A stretch of 64,000 bases of DNA, taken from NCBI GenBank assembly GCA_030704615.1, contig CM060733.1, positions 66,774,001 to 66,838,000 on the forward strand, in the 5' to 3' direction. The DNA is from Takakia lepidozioides. Taxonomy: Eukaryota > Plantae > Bryophyta. Made by a program: the position numbers and the translations under genes. This document shows positions 35,024 to 47,919 of the stretch, piece by piece; within the stretch, counting starts at the first letter, position 1, and every line of letters begins with the position of its first letter. Below the pieces are notes generated by a model. That model searched no databases and had not been told where the DNA came from. It saw nothing but the letters and a program-made list of their open reading frames with translations.

Positions 35024-38000
35024 CGTAACAGATTGTGGGAACGTGTCGTCCGAGCTCCCTCACAAGCTCTTTTACTTCCAAAAATGCGCCACGACACCTG
35101 TCAAGCAATACGAATTATCACTTCCACCAGAAGTGTACGAGAAGTGCTTGAACAAGCGAGATGGGAATTGGATGACGATACCACAAGATGCTCACATAGA
35201 GTACATGGGTCAAGAAGGATTCCGCAGAATCAGAAATGCCTGCTTGGAAGCCCATGCGCACTGGCCCGCAACGGCGGAAACCAGTGAGCTAATTAGGAAG
35301 GCCATTGCAACTGAATTTCAAGTGCATAGGACGAAGTGGTACACCAAAATTGCAAAGTATTCGTCTATCTGTGACCTAGCTTTGGGTGCTGAGTTCCTCT
35401 TGGAGATAACCGCGCATTACAAGAAATTGGCCGTCACCAGAAGCTCAAGATGACATTAGAGAAGTTGCAGATGTTGGCCACCAGTGAGGTTACAGCTGCG
35501 GAGAAGATTGCGTGGTTGAAGATATGGAATTCCGACCCTGGGATCAGGAAAGATGTCAAATTTCCGAAGGCGCCAACAGATGTGGTGTTCGGCTTATGGC
35601 TGGACAAGATAACATGGTGGTTCCAGGTAAGCAGCCACAAATACATCATGACGTTTTGTATATTCATTTGTGAGACCCATTCTGATTTCGTGGCTCCGGA
35701 TGCAGCAAAAGGAGGAAGCTCAGCGGCAGTTGGAGTGGCTCATTCAAAAGGGTTTCTTGCAGCTACCAACCCGGGAGGAAGCATCATCTGTAAGGTCTCT
35801 GTCAGATTGGGTGGACGATTTCCGCATAAAGTATTGGAGGGAATTATTTTGGAGCGAGATGAAGGACGGCCCTGCTCAAAGCTAGCAGATTACCGAGCAG
35901 CCAGGGGGGACTCTACCGGCCCGTCGAATTGTTTACATATTTGAATAGTTATTAGAGTTCCATAAATTTACATTTGTGCAAATGTTTAAGTCATGGTGGA
36001 GTGCGGAGGTTCCGAACATTAACACGTGTCTCGTACAATTTTGTAGGTACCTCAATTTCTACTTGCTCGCCAACAAGCACATAATGTGTATGCTGGCCAT
36101 GGTCACACAGTGGGCTAGTCAGAAGGGTGACTGCACAATGTACAACGGAAGGCAGTTGGGCCTATATGTGACAGCATCACATCTACCGTGCTTTTGGTGG
36201 CTGGACTTGCCACCGAATTTTACTCCTGACGAGGAGGCTGAATTGTACAAGAAGTACACGAACCATGAACTGCCGGCACAAACAAATATGGAGCCCTTGA
36301 CGGAGGAAGGTGCCAAGGAGGCTGCCGATGTTGCTGCAGCCCAAATAGAAGAAGCGAACACGGCTCTACAGGCAGCAGTCGCAACGAAACAACAGAGGAA
36401 AATGAAGCAGAAATCCCAAAAAAACACCGCCATAGTACAAGTCACCCCCCCCCAGGCACAAGGCATGGAGGCAACATGGGTATGGAGGGTGTTGATGAGA
36501 CAAACGGTGCAAACAGGCATAAGAACCCAGCTTACGGACATTTTACCCAAGCCTTGGATAATTTCCAAGTGGAGCAGAGGAATAGGTCTGCTCGCACGTT
36601 AACATTCGGGGCAGGAGGCAATGAGGGCAGGGTGCTGCAGCTTGCATCTGTTCTGCTGTACAAAGCAGTATGTCGCGCACCTCCCTTCGGTAAGCTCCCC
36701 CCCTCAAGTCATAGTTACTCGCTTTGATGCGCGCGCCTGACTCCCAACCGGCCGCCGGGCCAACTTGGAGCTTCGGCTGCTCACCGGGACATAACGGTCC
36801 CCCTTCGCTCCCCCGAAAGACCCTCCACCTATTTGGGCCTAGTGGAATTCCCTTTGGTAAATGGCAGTCCGGAACAGCTCCCCACTCTTTGGTCGCTTTC
36901 CGGCTCGCTCGCTTACTCACTAGTTTTTGGACACCAACGGGCTTGCACCGTTCTCGGGGTTACTACTCCCTATATATACTTCTGTAGCTGTCCGCGGGGG
37001 TTTCACAACCAGCCATGCCATTTTATGGCGAACCACCACGAAGACCCTCGATTCCCGGTGGTGAGTCGCGGTGAGTCTTGGCCCGCTCACCACGGCCCCT
37101 ATGGGCCGTGATGAGTCCCAAGACTCCCCACGACTCCCACCACGAGGTCTCCGCCCCATGGTGAGTCCTATGCCACCCCCACTAAGTCCCACTAAGCTAC
37201 CACCACCCCTTGTGGAGCCACCCCCACCGCAACCCGGTGTGCGGGGCTCCACCTAGTGAGCGCCTCCGCTTCCCCGAGTGCCTTGGGCACTCAAGGGTGC
37301 TTCAGCCCCCCATACCTATCGCTGCCGCTGCCCCCACCACAGGGGCAGCCCCTCATGTGTCCCGACCCCCTGCCCTCAAGGCAAAGGGCCGCGACACAGT
37401 AGCCTTGCGAGAGGGGGTTGCAAACACTGAGGTCAAATGCTTAAAGTGCGATTGGTTTCAATTAGTCATCCGTAGATTGGCCACAAAAGGTTCGTCCACC
37501 AGTTGGCCGGAGGGGGGAAATTGACGTGTTTTTTCAAAGGCACGTACCAACTAACCCTTCACACCATTTGCCAAGGGGGACGAAAGCAGGGGCGGATTTG
37601 GTTTTAATTGACCTCCCCGATGAGCAAGTCGTCAAAGGTAGTGGCCGAGACAATGTTGTTGCAAGCTGGAACAACAAGAGCAAGGATACAGTTCCTCATG
37701 CATTGGCACTGGCATCCTCCATATTGAAAGACAAAGGGTGCCTTGTGATGTTCTGCAAGGGGGATGCAAAGACAGAAATTGAAGTCCGGAGATGCGTTGG
37801 GCTGGCTGGGCCATTCAAATTTATAAAAAAAAAATGGACTTGCCTCAATCGAATTCCATTGCAAACTGGAGATGTTGGCGAACCATAGGTGGGTTTACCA
37901 TCTTCAATTGAAATGCATGCCATGAAGTTTGTGCTTAAAATGTTTGCAAATGATTAAAATGATAAGTGTAATCCCACGATATGTCTTTCATAGAACACCA

Positions 38001-38824
38001 CCTTCCAACAGTCGCCCAGTAATAGTCGGTAACGACTATTATGGTCAACAGTGGCGGGGCAATTCATTTTGTTGGTGCCGACCGGTTCTACGGTGGCACC
38101 GGTGGGGAACATAGTCGGTGGCGACTATGTTGCACGCTTTGAGTGGTCGGTGAGTGGTCCTCGTGGAGGAGTTGCAAGTGACAGGGGTTCTGCTACAGCG
38201 TGCTTACATTAGTGCTATTATCATAGTCGATAACGACTTTCATAATTGAGTATTTTATCTTTAGGCGTTACCTCCACAGAGCAGGTATAGTGTGCAACGA
38301 CAGGTCAACTTGCAGACTGTACGGAATATTTGTATTGTATTTAACATTGAATAATGCAGACTGTCATATTCTACGCCTTCTGCCTTCTGAAGACCTTGGA
38401 GGGGAATTTCAACTTCCGGGATGTTGGTGGCAAGCTCGATACCGACCACGATGTGATCAGTGAAGACCTCGTTCGGAACATGGTGAGAGCGGATAGGCTT
38501 CACAAATGCCAAGATGGGTCGTTCCTACGAGGGGCGCGGGAGAAAAGCCCTTGATTTGTGTAGACGTTCATGGAGTTTTGTTCACCAGAATGAGGGGTAG
38601 TGGTCAATTTCACACCGGGATGCGGGGCCTCCATGGTTGCTGCCACTGTTTGCGGAAGGCATTTGCTTGTGATGGAGGGCGACGAGGAGCTCCTTCGAGA
38701 AAGGCTTTGTGGATTGCAACGGGCCCAACCAACGTTGCAAATGGCAACAGGCAGTCATGGCGATAACGAATGGATGAACGATGACCGCGAGGGCTCGCAA
38801 ATTCAAATCCAATCCTTGGAGTGA
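35024..38824 (+). pseudogene. Multi-exon gene with long unknown N-terminus and C-terminal beta-class N4C/N6A DNA-methyltransferase-like domain (copy A), interrupted by a solo LTR
   Basis: ADLVLIDLPD (DLPD at 37610-37621) in the motif IV position; ILKDKGCLVMF; after intron 37889-38359, RGAREKSP...VVVNFTPGCGASMVAATVCGRHLLVMEGDEE (motifs X, I, II). GT-AG introns; several stops. Confidence 0.78.
36671..37396. mobile_element. Solo LTR, family A, copy 3
   Basis: TGTCGCG...CGCGACA termini; TSD CAGTA (36666-36670, 37397-37401). Confidence 0.95.
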
Positions 38825-39246
38825 GTAAGACCAGTTTCCACGTACATGCATTGTATAAGTGAAAGTGAGTACGCACAATTGTCTTCGTTTTCGTCATATT
38901 GGCTGGTGGGGTGTATCAACTAATTATTTTCGTCCTCTTTGCAGCGATGAACCGGAGACGCATGGTGCGAAGCGACAGTGTGGGGGCATCACCCGGATTC
39001 CACGAAGCTCAATACATACAGGGAGTGGGGAAGGTGCGTTGGATAACACCCTTACGGTTGAGGAGCGACTTGCACAGATACACACTCCGGAAAAAAACTA
39101 CGTTCTTCCTCCCTATGCAGCGGTACTAGCCAATGCTCAAGCAGAGGAGCAATGGACATGAGTGTCTCAAATGGCAGAATGGCCAGCGCAAAAAAGGGCG
39201 GCTTTGCAACGCGGTCAGGTACAGCCCTATGTGGATGGGGAGGCGG

Positions 39247-41170
39247 AGGAGGGTTCTAGAAGCGAGGAGCCAACAATGGAGGAAGAATCCTCTGATGACA
39301 GTGGTGAGGAGGAGAGGAGTGGGGATAGAACTACAACCCCAAAGAATGGTCTTCGAGAAACTGAGGGTCCACATCTGGGGACAATTGTACCACGGGGATC
39401 ACACCATATAGCTATGGAGTATGCAGATGACGTTCCGCGTCCAATGGAACAGTAGCTCTACTCATAGAGAATTTCGGAAGTTAGGTACTCTTTCAGAGTA
39501 TAGATAGTCCATGCTCGCAGCTGTTTTCACAATGGGGGTCCTATGGAGCATAAGACGGACTTGAAATTCAATTTAAATTGCTTCCAAGATGTTCAACTGT
39601 GCCAATGCCATTTCTCTTAAGTGTACCCATTTTTCGAGGTGCTTTCAATCGGCTCCCAATATGCATAGACCATAAATTTGACCTTAAGCAAAAATTTACA
39701 TCACTGAAATTGGGAGCACATATGAGCAGAGAACTTACTCACCGTACGATGAAAAACTTTCTTTGTAACATGATGATAACGGCTTACCATCAGCTCACAT
39801 GAGCATAGCTTCTATGCTCATGTCAATGACAGAGGCATTCGACAGCTTTATCCAAATATACATTTCCACTTTGGAGTCACGCCCTTTAGGTCGGTGCCGA
39901 TTATGCACTGTTTGACCATTGTTTTATACACGTTCTCTATTTTTTTCATCACAAATAACCTTACTGTGTAATAGAAGTCAATATGATCATCGATTTGTGA
40001 AGTATGAGGATGAATCGCCGAGTGGATACTGCAACTATAGAAGTCGTTGCCGACTACCTGGGCTTGCCCCAGACGCCATAGTCATAGTCGGTGACGACTA
40101 TTAAGAAGGAGTCGTGACAGATGTTGGAATAATAGTCGGTGCCGACTATTAGGTTGGGGTTCGAGATATAGGTCAATTTGCGAATGGATAGTCTATTGGT
40201 TGATAATGAGGAGGGAGGGTTTTGGAAGCGAGGAGCCAACAACGGAGGAAGAATCCTCTGATGACAATGGTGAGGAGGAGAGCATTGGGGACAGAATTAC
40301 AACCCCAAAGAATGGTCTTCAAGAAACTGAGGGTCCACATCTGGGGACAATTGTACCATGGGGATTACACCATATAGCTATGGAGTATGCAGATGACGTT
40401 CCGCGTCCAATAGAACAGTAGCTCTACTCATAGAGAATTTCGAAAGTTAGCTACTCTTTCAGAGTATAGATAGTCCATGCTCGCAGCTGTTTTCACGATG
40501 GGGGTCCTCTGGAGCATAAGACTTACTTGAAATTCAATTTAAATTGCTTCCAAGATGTTCAACTGTGCCAATGCCATTTCTCTTAAGTGTACCCGTTTTT
40601 CGAGGTGCTTTCAATCGGCTCCCAATATGCATAGACCATAAATTTGACCTTAAGCAAAAATTTACATCATTGAAACTGGGAGCACATATAAGCAGAGAAC
40701 TTACTCACCGTACGATGAAAAACTTTCTTTGTAACATGATGATAACGGCTTACCATCAGCTCACATGAGCATAGCTTCTATGCTCATGTCAATGACAGAG
40801 GCATTCGACAGCTTTATCCAAATATACATTTCCACTTTGGAGTCACGCCCTTTAGGTCGGTGCCGATTATGCACTGTTTGACCATTGTTTTATACACGTT
40901 CTCTATTTTTTTCATCACAAATAACCTTATATAGAAGTCAATATGATCATCGATTTGTGAAGTATGAGGATGAATTGCCGAGTGGATACTGCAACTATAG
41001 AAGTCGTTGCCGACTACCTGGGCTTGCCCCAGACGCCATACTCATAGTCGGTGACGACTATTAAGAAGGAGTCGTGACAGATGTTGGAATAATAGTTGGT
41101 GCCGATTATTAGGTTGGGGTTCGAGATATAGGTCAGTTTGCGAATGGATAGTCTATTGGTTGATAATGAG
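39247..41170. repeat. ~965-bp tandem segmental duplication (39247-40210 / 40214-41170)
   Basis: Near-identical sequence and duplicated ORF translations at 39578 and 40544. Confidence 0.92.
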
Positions 41171-41533
41171 CAAAATTTCAAGGAAGCCAATGCAGAGGCT
41201 GAGATAATCATATCAATGCAAGTAGAAATTGATGATTTGAAGAAGGGGATGGCCGAATTGTGCACCGAGAGAGCTTCAATACTTGAGGACTTGGACAGCA
41301 CAAGGGCTGCGATGAAGGTCCAGGAAAGGGAGGTTGAAGAGTAGAAAGATGCTCTTGAAGTGGTAGCTCGGCAGAAACAAGTATTATTAGATTGGAAGAA
41401 AAGTTTGAAGCAGGAAATGGGCAATCTTGTATCCCGATTCAGAAAGGAGAAAACTGATTGCGTAGATATGCAGATTGCACATTCACGAATCCGGGGAGCC
41501 CACTCTCCCGAAAATCCACTGTCAGAGAGTTAA
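41138..41533 (+). pseudogene. Coiled-coil protein remnant
   Basis: Heptad-like E/K/L-rich reading continues through one TAG stop (EIDDLKKGMAEL...EVEE*KDALEVVARQKQ). Confidence 0.4.
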
Positions 41534-41774
41534 TGAACCTTGTCTGCAGAATGCGGCCCCTGGCCTTTGCGCAATAACTGCCAACGGTATGCAGTCAGAA
41601 GTGTGCAGATGCGCTGGGCAAACCAATCATTACGGCGTCTGACAAGAAGCGTGGGGGGGCAAGCGTGCAAGCACCTTCGCCATGGACAGAGGGAACTGAC
41701 AGAGGTGGCATTCCAGTGGGTCTAATTACAAGATTGAGTGCCAGAACCTCGCTGCCAATCGTCAACATACAACA

Positions 41775-43330
41775 GCGGCGCCGAATTTGCAGCCGAGGCC
41801 GGTTGGACGAAGTCGTCTCGGGGGTGAGTCAGTCACCGGGCCGACAGAGAACATCCCCCAGATGGAAAAACGGCGCCGAATTTCCATCCGAGGCCCCTTG
41901 GATGAAGTCGTCTCGGGGGGAGAGGCCGACACCTGGCCGACAGAGAACATCCCCCAGATGGAAAAACGGCGCCGAATTTCCATCCGAGGCCCGTTGGATG
42001 AAGTCGTCTCGGGGGGAGAGGCCGACACATGGCCGACAGAGAACAACCCCCGGATGGAAAAACGGCGCCGAATTTCCATCCGAGGCCCGTTGGATGAAGT
42101 CGTCTCGGGGGGAGAGGCCGACACCTGGCCGATAGAGAACATCCCCCGGATGGAAAAACGGCGCCGAATTTCCATCCGAGGCCCGTTGGATGAATTCGAC
42201 TCGGGGGGAGAGGGCGACACATGGACGACAGAGAACAACCCCCGGATGGAAAAACGGCGCCGAATTTTCATCCGAGGCCGTTGGATGAAGTCGTCTCGGG
42301 GGGAGAGGCCGACACCTGCCCAACTGAGATCATCCCCCGGATGGAAATTCGGCGCCGTTTTTCCTTCTGAGCCGCCCGGAAGAAGTCGTCTCGGGGGGAG
42401 AGGCCGACACCTGGCCGACAAAGAACATCCCCCAGATGGAAAAACGACGCCGAATTTCCATCCGAGGCCCGTTGGATGAAGTCGTCTCGGGGGGAGAGGC
42501 TGACACCTGGCTAACAGAGAACATCCCCCGGATGGAAATTCGGCGCCAAATTTCCATCCGAGGCCCCTTGGATGAAGTCGTCTCAGGGGGATAGGCCGAC
42601 ACCTGGCCGACTGAGATCATCCCCCGGATGGAAATTCGGCGCCGTTTTTCCATCCGAGCTGATGAAGTCGTCTCGGGGGGAGAGGCCGACACCTGGCCGA
42701 CAGAGAACATCCCCCGGATGGAAAAACGGCGCCGAATTTCCATCGGAGGCCCCTTGGATGAAGTCGTCTCGGGGGGAGAGGCCGACACCTGGCTGACAGA
42801 GATCATCCCCCGGATGGAAATTCGGCGCCGAATTTCCATCCGAGGCCCCTTGGAGGAAGTCGTCTCGGGGGGATAGGCCGACACCTAGCCGACTGAGATC
42901 ATCCCCCGGATGGAAATTCGGCACCGTTTTTCCATCCGAGCCGGCCGGGTGAAGTCGTCTCGGGGGGAGAGGCCGACACATGGTCGACAGAGAACATCCC
43001 CCAGATGGAAAAACGGCGCCGAATTTCCATCCGAGGCCCGTTGGATGAAGTCGTCTCAGGGGGAGAGGCCGACACATGGCCAACAGAGAACATCCCCCGG
43101 ATGGAAAAACGGCGCCGAATTTCCATCCGAGGCCCGTTGGATGAAGTCGTCTCGGGGGGAGAGGCCGACACATGGCTGACAGAGAACATCCCACGGATGG
43201 AAAAACGGTGCCGAATTTCCATCCGAGGCCCGTTGGATGAAGTCGTCTCGGGGGAAGAGGATGACACGTGGCCGACAAAGAACATCCCCCAGATGGAAAT
43301 TCGGCGCCGAATTTCCATCCGAGGCCCGTT
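41775..43330. repeat. Palindromic tandem array 2a (96-bp unit, ~16 copies; core GGATGGAAA(AA/TT)CGGCGCCGAATTTCCATCC)
   Basis: Period measured from GGATGAAG at 41900 and 41996; units are highly homogeneous. Confidence 0.95.
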
Positions 43331-43530
43331 GAATGCAGCCCGTATCGGCACTTCTTCAACAATTTTTAGTCGTTGCATCAAGTTTTTCGCGTTTTTTTGT
43401 CTGGTTACACACTAAACATGGCGTTTTTTGCCTACGGGCCACATTTGGCACGCTATTCCCACCATTCTGGTCTGATAAAGACAAATTCGTTGCTGGTTTT
43501 CCATCGATGAGGTGGACCAAATTACCTGCA

Positions 43531-43976
43531 GGATGGAAATTCGGCGCCGGTTTCCCATCCGGCTTCTCTCCGTGTTACCTGTGGGATGGAAATTCGGCTC
43601 CGAATTTCCATCTGGCCGCGCTCCGAATTACCTCCAGGATGGAAATTCGGCGCCGTTTTTCCATCCGGCCGCGCTCCGAATTACCTGGTGGATGGAAATT
43701 CGGCGCCGGATTTCCATCCGGCCGCGCTCCGAATTACCTCTGGGATGGAAATTCGGCGCCGTTTTTCCATCCGGCCGCGCTCCGAATTACCTGGCGGATG
43801 GAAATTCGGCGCCGGATTTCCATCCGGCCGCGCTCCGAATTACCTGCAGGATGGAAATGCGGCGCCGGATTTCCATCCGGCGTCTCCTGGATGAGAACGG
43901 CTCTGGCGGAGGGATGACCTCGTTGCGTCATACTTCATCCGCTGGATGGTAATTCGGCGCCGATTTTTTCCATCCA
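43531..43976. repeat. Palindromic tandem array 2b (53-bp unit x7 plus a degenerate copy; same 30-bp core)
   Basis: GGATGGAAAT starts at 43531, 43584, 43637, 43690, 43743, 43796 and 43849. Confidence 0.95.
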
Positions 43977-45145
43977 GCGGGCGATTGACGAAGTCTCCGG
44001 GGGGGGGGCCTGTGGCCGACCTCCATACCTACGACATTTAATGGCGTAGTTGCGCATTAAATGTCCTGCGCCGTCGGTTTTGAACCGGGCTGGCGACGCA
44101 GGGATTCCGCGCTTACTTCCCGGATATGCCTTGGAAACCTGATGCTAAACTTGGATGAACTTCTATTCGAGGCATGTATGCACACATACTGCGAGATCTT
44201 TTTTCTTTTGCTGGGACTTATGCCGCGTGGAGAAGGGCGTGGCTCTCCTGAGAGAAACCCCACATCCAGACCGCGGCGGAAGCTGAAGGCTTTGTACTAC
44301 GGGCAACGTCCAACCTCTCCAATTGCCAAACTTAAGCTCCAGCAGGAAATTCCATTGTCTTGCTCACAGCCCGCGCCAACTGAAGCCGAGTACTCTCAGG
44401 TTCCGCCCCTTCCTCTTTCGGTTTTCTTCGTTTTTTTAGTTTGTTTTCACATCTTCCGCCTGGCAGCCCTGGAAGCGCATGGTTGCATCCAACCAACGGG
44501 GAGAACCGGCAGCTAGTTACATGCTAGCCGACTGATTCTGAGGATTTCCGAGTGAAAATTGAAACCTTTGGAAATTTACCGAGTATGTTGACATAGGAAA
44601 TTGACTATTGCAGTTACCATTAAGGGGAAGCAACCGACTCCCCAACCCACTTAGCCGGTTGGTTCTCAGAATGAGGGGCCATTGGCTGGTTCAACTGAAT
44701 TATTTCCCGGACGCTGGTTGCATCGCAAAAGCACGAGTTGTTGAGAAGAATGATCAAGGTCAGAGTGGTTAGAAATGAGCAAGGTCGTTGCTGCATTCAG
44801 ATTGCTTGCCAGAACAGGGTACACATCTCGCTGTAGATAACAGGTTGCATCTCGGAAGTAAGGAAATCCATGCTGAGCTGAGAAGATTGTCTGAGCAGAT
44901 GAAGTGCCTTCAAAACATTTCACCTTGTTTTGTAGATACACCGTTAGGGGAAAGGTGTAAGACCTTATAGAAGAAAATGAATATTATGCACGGAAATGAA
45001 ATCAGATGCTGCTTTGGAGAAAAGAACAAATCCAAAGAGAAAAAACGTGATAGCAAACTTTATTGCGGAAATGGGAAGCAGTACACTTAGTCCGCAAATA
45101 GGCAGGCGGAAAGAAGATTCAAAATCAAAATGCCCATGTTTTCTC

Positions 45146-45739
45146 TTACAACCTGTGGCGGCAAAGCGGGCATGTGCCATTGTGGTGAACCCAAGTCTCA
45201 ATGCACGCACTATGGAATGAGTGTGCGCAAGTTGTCACCGTGCGCATACATTTTCCAGCTCGGACACATTGGAGGCAGATACTGCACGACTCTATTGCGT
45301 GTGCTTCCGGCGGCACAACAAACTCCGGAGCTTCTTTGTTGAAGACCTCCATGGAAGCAGCAATCCAATGCAATTCGTCCTCCCCGGCAATGTCTAGTTC
45401 CTCAAAGGCATGTATAGGATCATACTCTGCACCTGCATCTTCGTCCTCGGATGCTTCTTCCGACGAGTCCGAATCCATAAAAACCCACCAGGAAACTCCA
45501 TTTGCCGAAAATGCAAGGCTATCGCCGATGGCTTCGTCGAAATGCGATAAACAAAGCAACTGAGGGGACTGAGGCTTGTCCTCGTCAGATTCCTCCGGTG
45601 CGCTGCTAGTTTCCCCTGCAGCATTGTCCGTCTTCGGAGCCGCACCATCGTTGGGAATTTCCCGCTGCTCAGGGGGCGGAGGCCTTTCGCTGTCTGATTG
45701 CTACACGAGATCATTGTTGGTTCCTACATCATTGTCCAT
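45146..45739 (-). pseudogene. Acidic protein with C-terminal RING-H2 finger; one premature TAG
   Basis: CSICL...CAHSFHSACIETW...CPLCR (C3H2C3). In-frame ATG at 45739 with one stop at codon 13. Confidence 0.82.
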
Positions 45740-46112
45740 AGTGGAGGGTCACCACTGTTTGTAAATCCCCGAAATGGTGTAGTCGGTCCCGACTTCACCT
45801 TCACCACCAAAGCAAATGGTTGAAGGGAATGGTTTTTTATTCATATGACTGCCTATTCCTGCGGCCCAATTCCCCACGACCTATTTCCGCGATGGAAATT
45901 TCGACGTCCTATAATCGGCACCGACTATATAGGTTCGACAACTACCGAACCTATCGTATCGAATCCGAACCTAACGTTTACCCACCAGTATGTTCACGCA
46001 CGAGCACTTTTTGGCATGAAAAACGGGCGAATTGTGCATTTTTTAAGTCCAAAATTAGGGAATATTCTTTGAAATGTGCTCTGCTCATGCTAAAATCCGC
46101 TCATGCTCATGC

Positions 46113-46604
46113 TCACCGCTCATGCAACATCCACACCCTACAAATGTACCTATCATCAATTGGTTGTGATTGAGGAACATGTTGTTGGTGGGTGTGTGCT
46201 AAGTAGTTGGTGTTCGTTGTTTTATGGAATCTAATAAGGAGACTACGGTTGTGGGTAGGGTCGCAGTCATCATGGGTACCGAAGAGGTCATCTTCGATTT
46301 GCCAAGTGTTATCTTCGACAAAGAAACCCGCCCATTTACATAGGTAGTATGTATCAACACAGGTGGCGCCATATGCGTCGAGGGAGGTTTGGGTCCCGAT
46401 GCCGAGGATCGCCTCAATGACGAAGGCCTCTGGATGGGTAGGGTTGGCTAGACAAGGGGTAAGCGGTGGGGTGGTGGGCAGGGGACTACGGAGTTGTGTC
46501 GAACGGCTTTTACTCACCCATCCCTTCGCTATCCGAGGTGTAAACTCCAAGATAGAAGAGTTGGATATCTCTAAGCACTCAGCCCGCTCAGAACAATCAG
46601 TCAT
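46113..46604 (-). CDS. Stand-alone chromodomain-containing exon
   Basis: AFVIEAIL...YYLCKWAGFFVEDNTWQIEDDL...LLIRFH. Aromatic cage positions F/W/F present; acceptor TGTAG near 46607; no integrase upstream. Confidence 0.72.
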   Translation of the reverse strand: MTDCSERAECLEISNSSILEFTPRIAKGWVSKSRSTQLRSPLPTTPPLTPCLANPTHPEAFVIEAILGIGTQTSLDAYGATCVDTYYLCKWAGFFVEDNTWQIEDDLFGTHDDCDPTHNRSLLIRFHKTTNTNYLAHTHQQHVPQSQPIDDRYICRVWMLHER

Positions 46605-47919
46605 GACCTACAGCTAGTGAATCATGGTTGTGCTTCCTATTTGTATTTCTTCTTGCCTTCATGTTAGCAATTTACCTTACTGTGTATACTGAAGCATCAG
46701 ATTGCTTCAGTATCTACCAAGTTCCATTCACTCATCCACTCATTCCACAACTTCACTCATGTCTCTCTACTCAGTGTGATTGTATCGAATAAGTATCAGA
46801 TTATGATTTATCAGGTATCAAGCCAATGCCATGGTGACTCTAATCTGCCCTACAGTTGCATGTAACAAGCATCTACTGTTCATCTTTCCTCCTTCACCGT
46901 GCTCTCCATCCTTGCTCCCGTTCTTGCTCTCCACCTGATCTCCTCTCATGCTCTTTTATTTGGCGGTCGAGCAGTGCGGAATACGGGGTGGTGGATTTGA
47001 TTAAAAGAGGTGTACTTGCGGTGAACTGGAGTGCTTGTATGAATGTTGTGTTGATTTAGTGGATGTTTGAGTTTGTGTTGTCCTCTACGTGAGATTCTGT
47101 TGTCTTGGCCAAGCCTGCTTTATAGGCTACATTCCCACATTATCAATCTAAGCCAGTAGAGGAAGGGGAATATCCCCTTGGCGCCAGAATCCTAGTGGAG
47201 ACGGCGGGGTAACTAAGTTCGTTAGCAGAGAATGTATGTTGTACGAGACACCTGAACGTCAGCAGATTGCGGTGGCAGTGTGCATGATTAGAAAGATGGG
47301 AGAAAGCAGAATGGCGGCTGAGTGTGTGCATAGTGTTGAGAAGAGTGCAAGTTTGTCTGTCTGTGCTTTCTTACGATCTCTGAGTCTTACATTTTTGAGT
47401 CATGGCATCCAACTCTGAGCTTTGAGCCTGAGCAGTTCGAGGTTCCACTCACCAGTCAGACGCACGACTTAGAGGCAGTGTACATTCACGAGCTCACCCG
47501 CAAGCTGCAGCCCGAACAGTGTGTCTAGGTTGATTACCCTAAAGGAGAGCCACTCCCGCGCCCTGAGTTGCCACTGGACACGCCATCAGAGTTCTGGGCA
47601 CAGACTTTTGAAGAGGGGGCGCCCACCTGCCTGCCGCTGCTAGCGGTTGCCCACACCCGCCGCTGCCCCGCCCGGGGTCCGTCGCCCGGCTGGTCCGCTA
47701 GGGCAAGTCTGCTGGGGCAAGTCAGCTCTTGCGTCCGCTGCCATCCAGTCCGCTCCCGCCGCAAGATCTGGGCCGTCCAGGAGGAATCCCATCCCAGCCC
47801 TCCAAATTGGGGCACCATGCCACGCCTTATCTCTGCCGCCTGCCATCTGCCACCAGCTATAAACGTGCGTCCTGTTTCTCCGTGCACGTTCTCCATCGTG
47901 TCCTGCGGCGCTTTTCTTG

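Noticed and set aside
41665-43952. Many overlapping long ORFs and a CRISPR-like look (palindromic repeat plus spacer)
   Set aside because: The 96-bp unit is a multiple of 3 and GC-rich, so ORFs open on both strands. Spacers are copies of each other and there are no cas genes.
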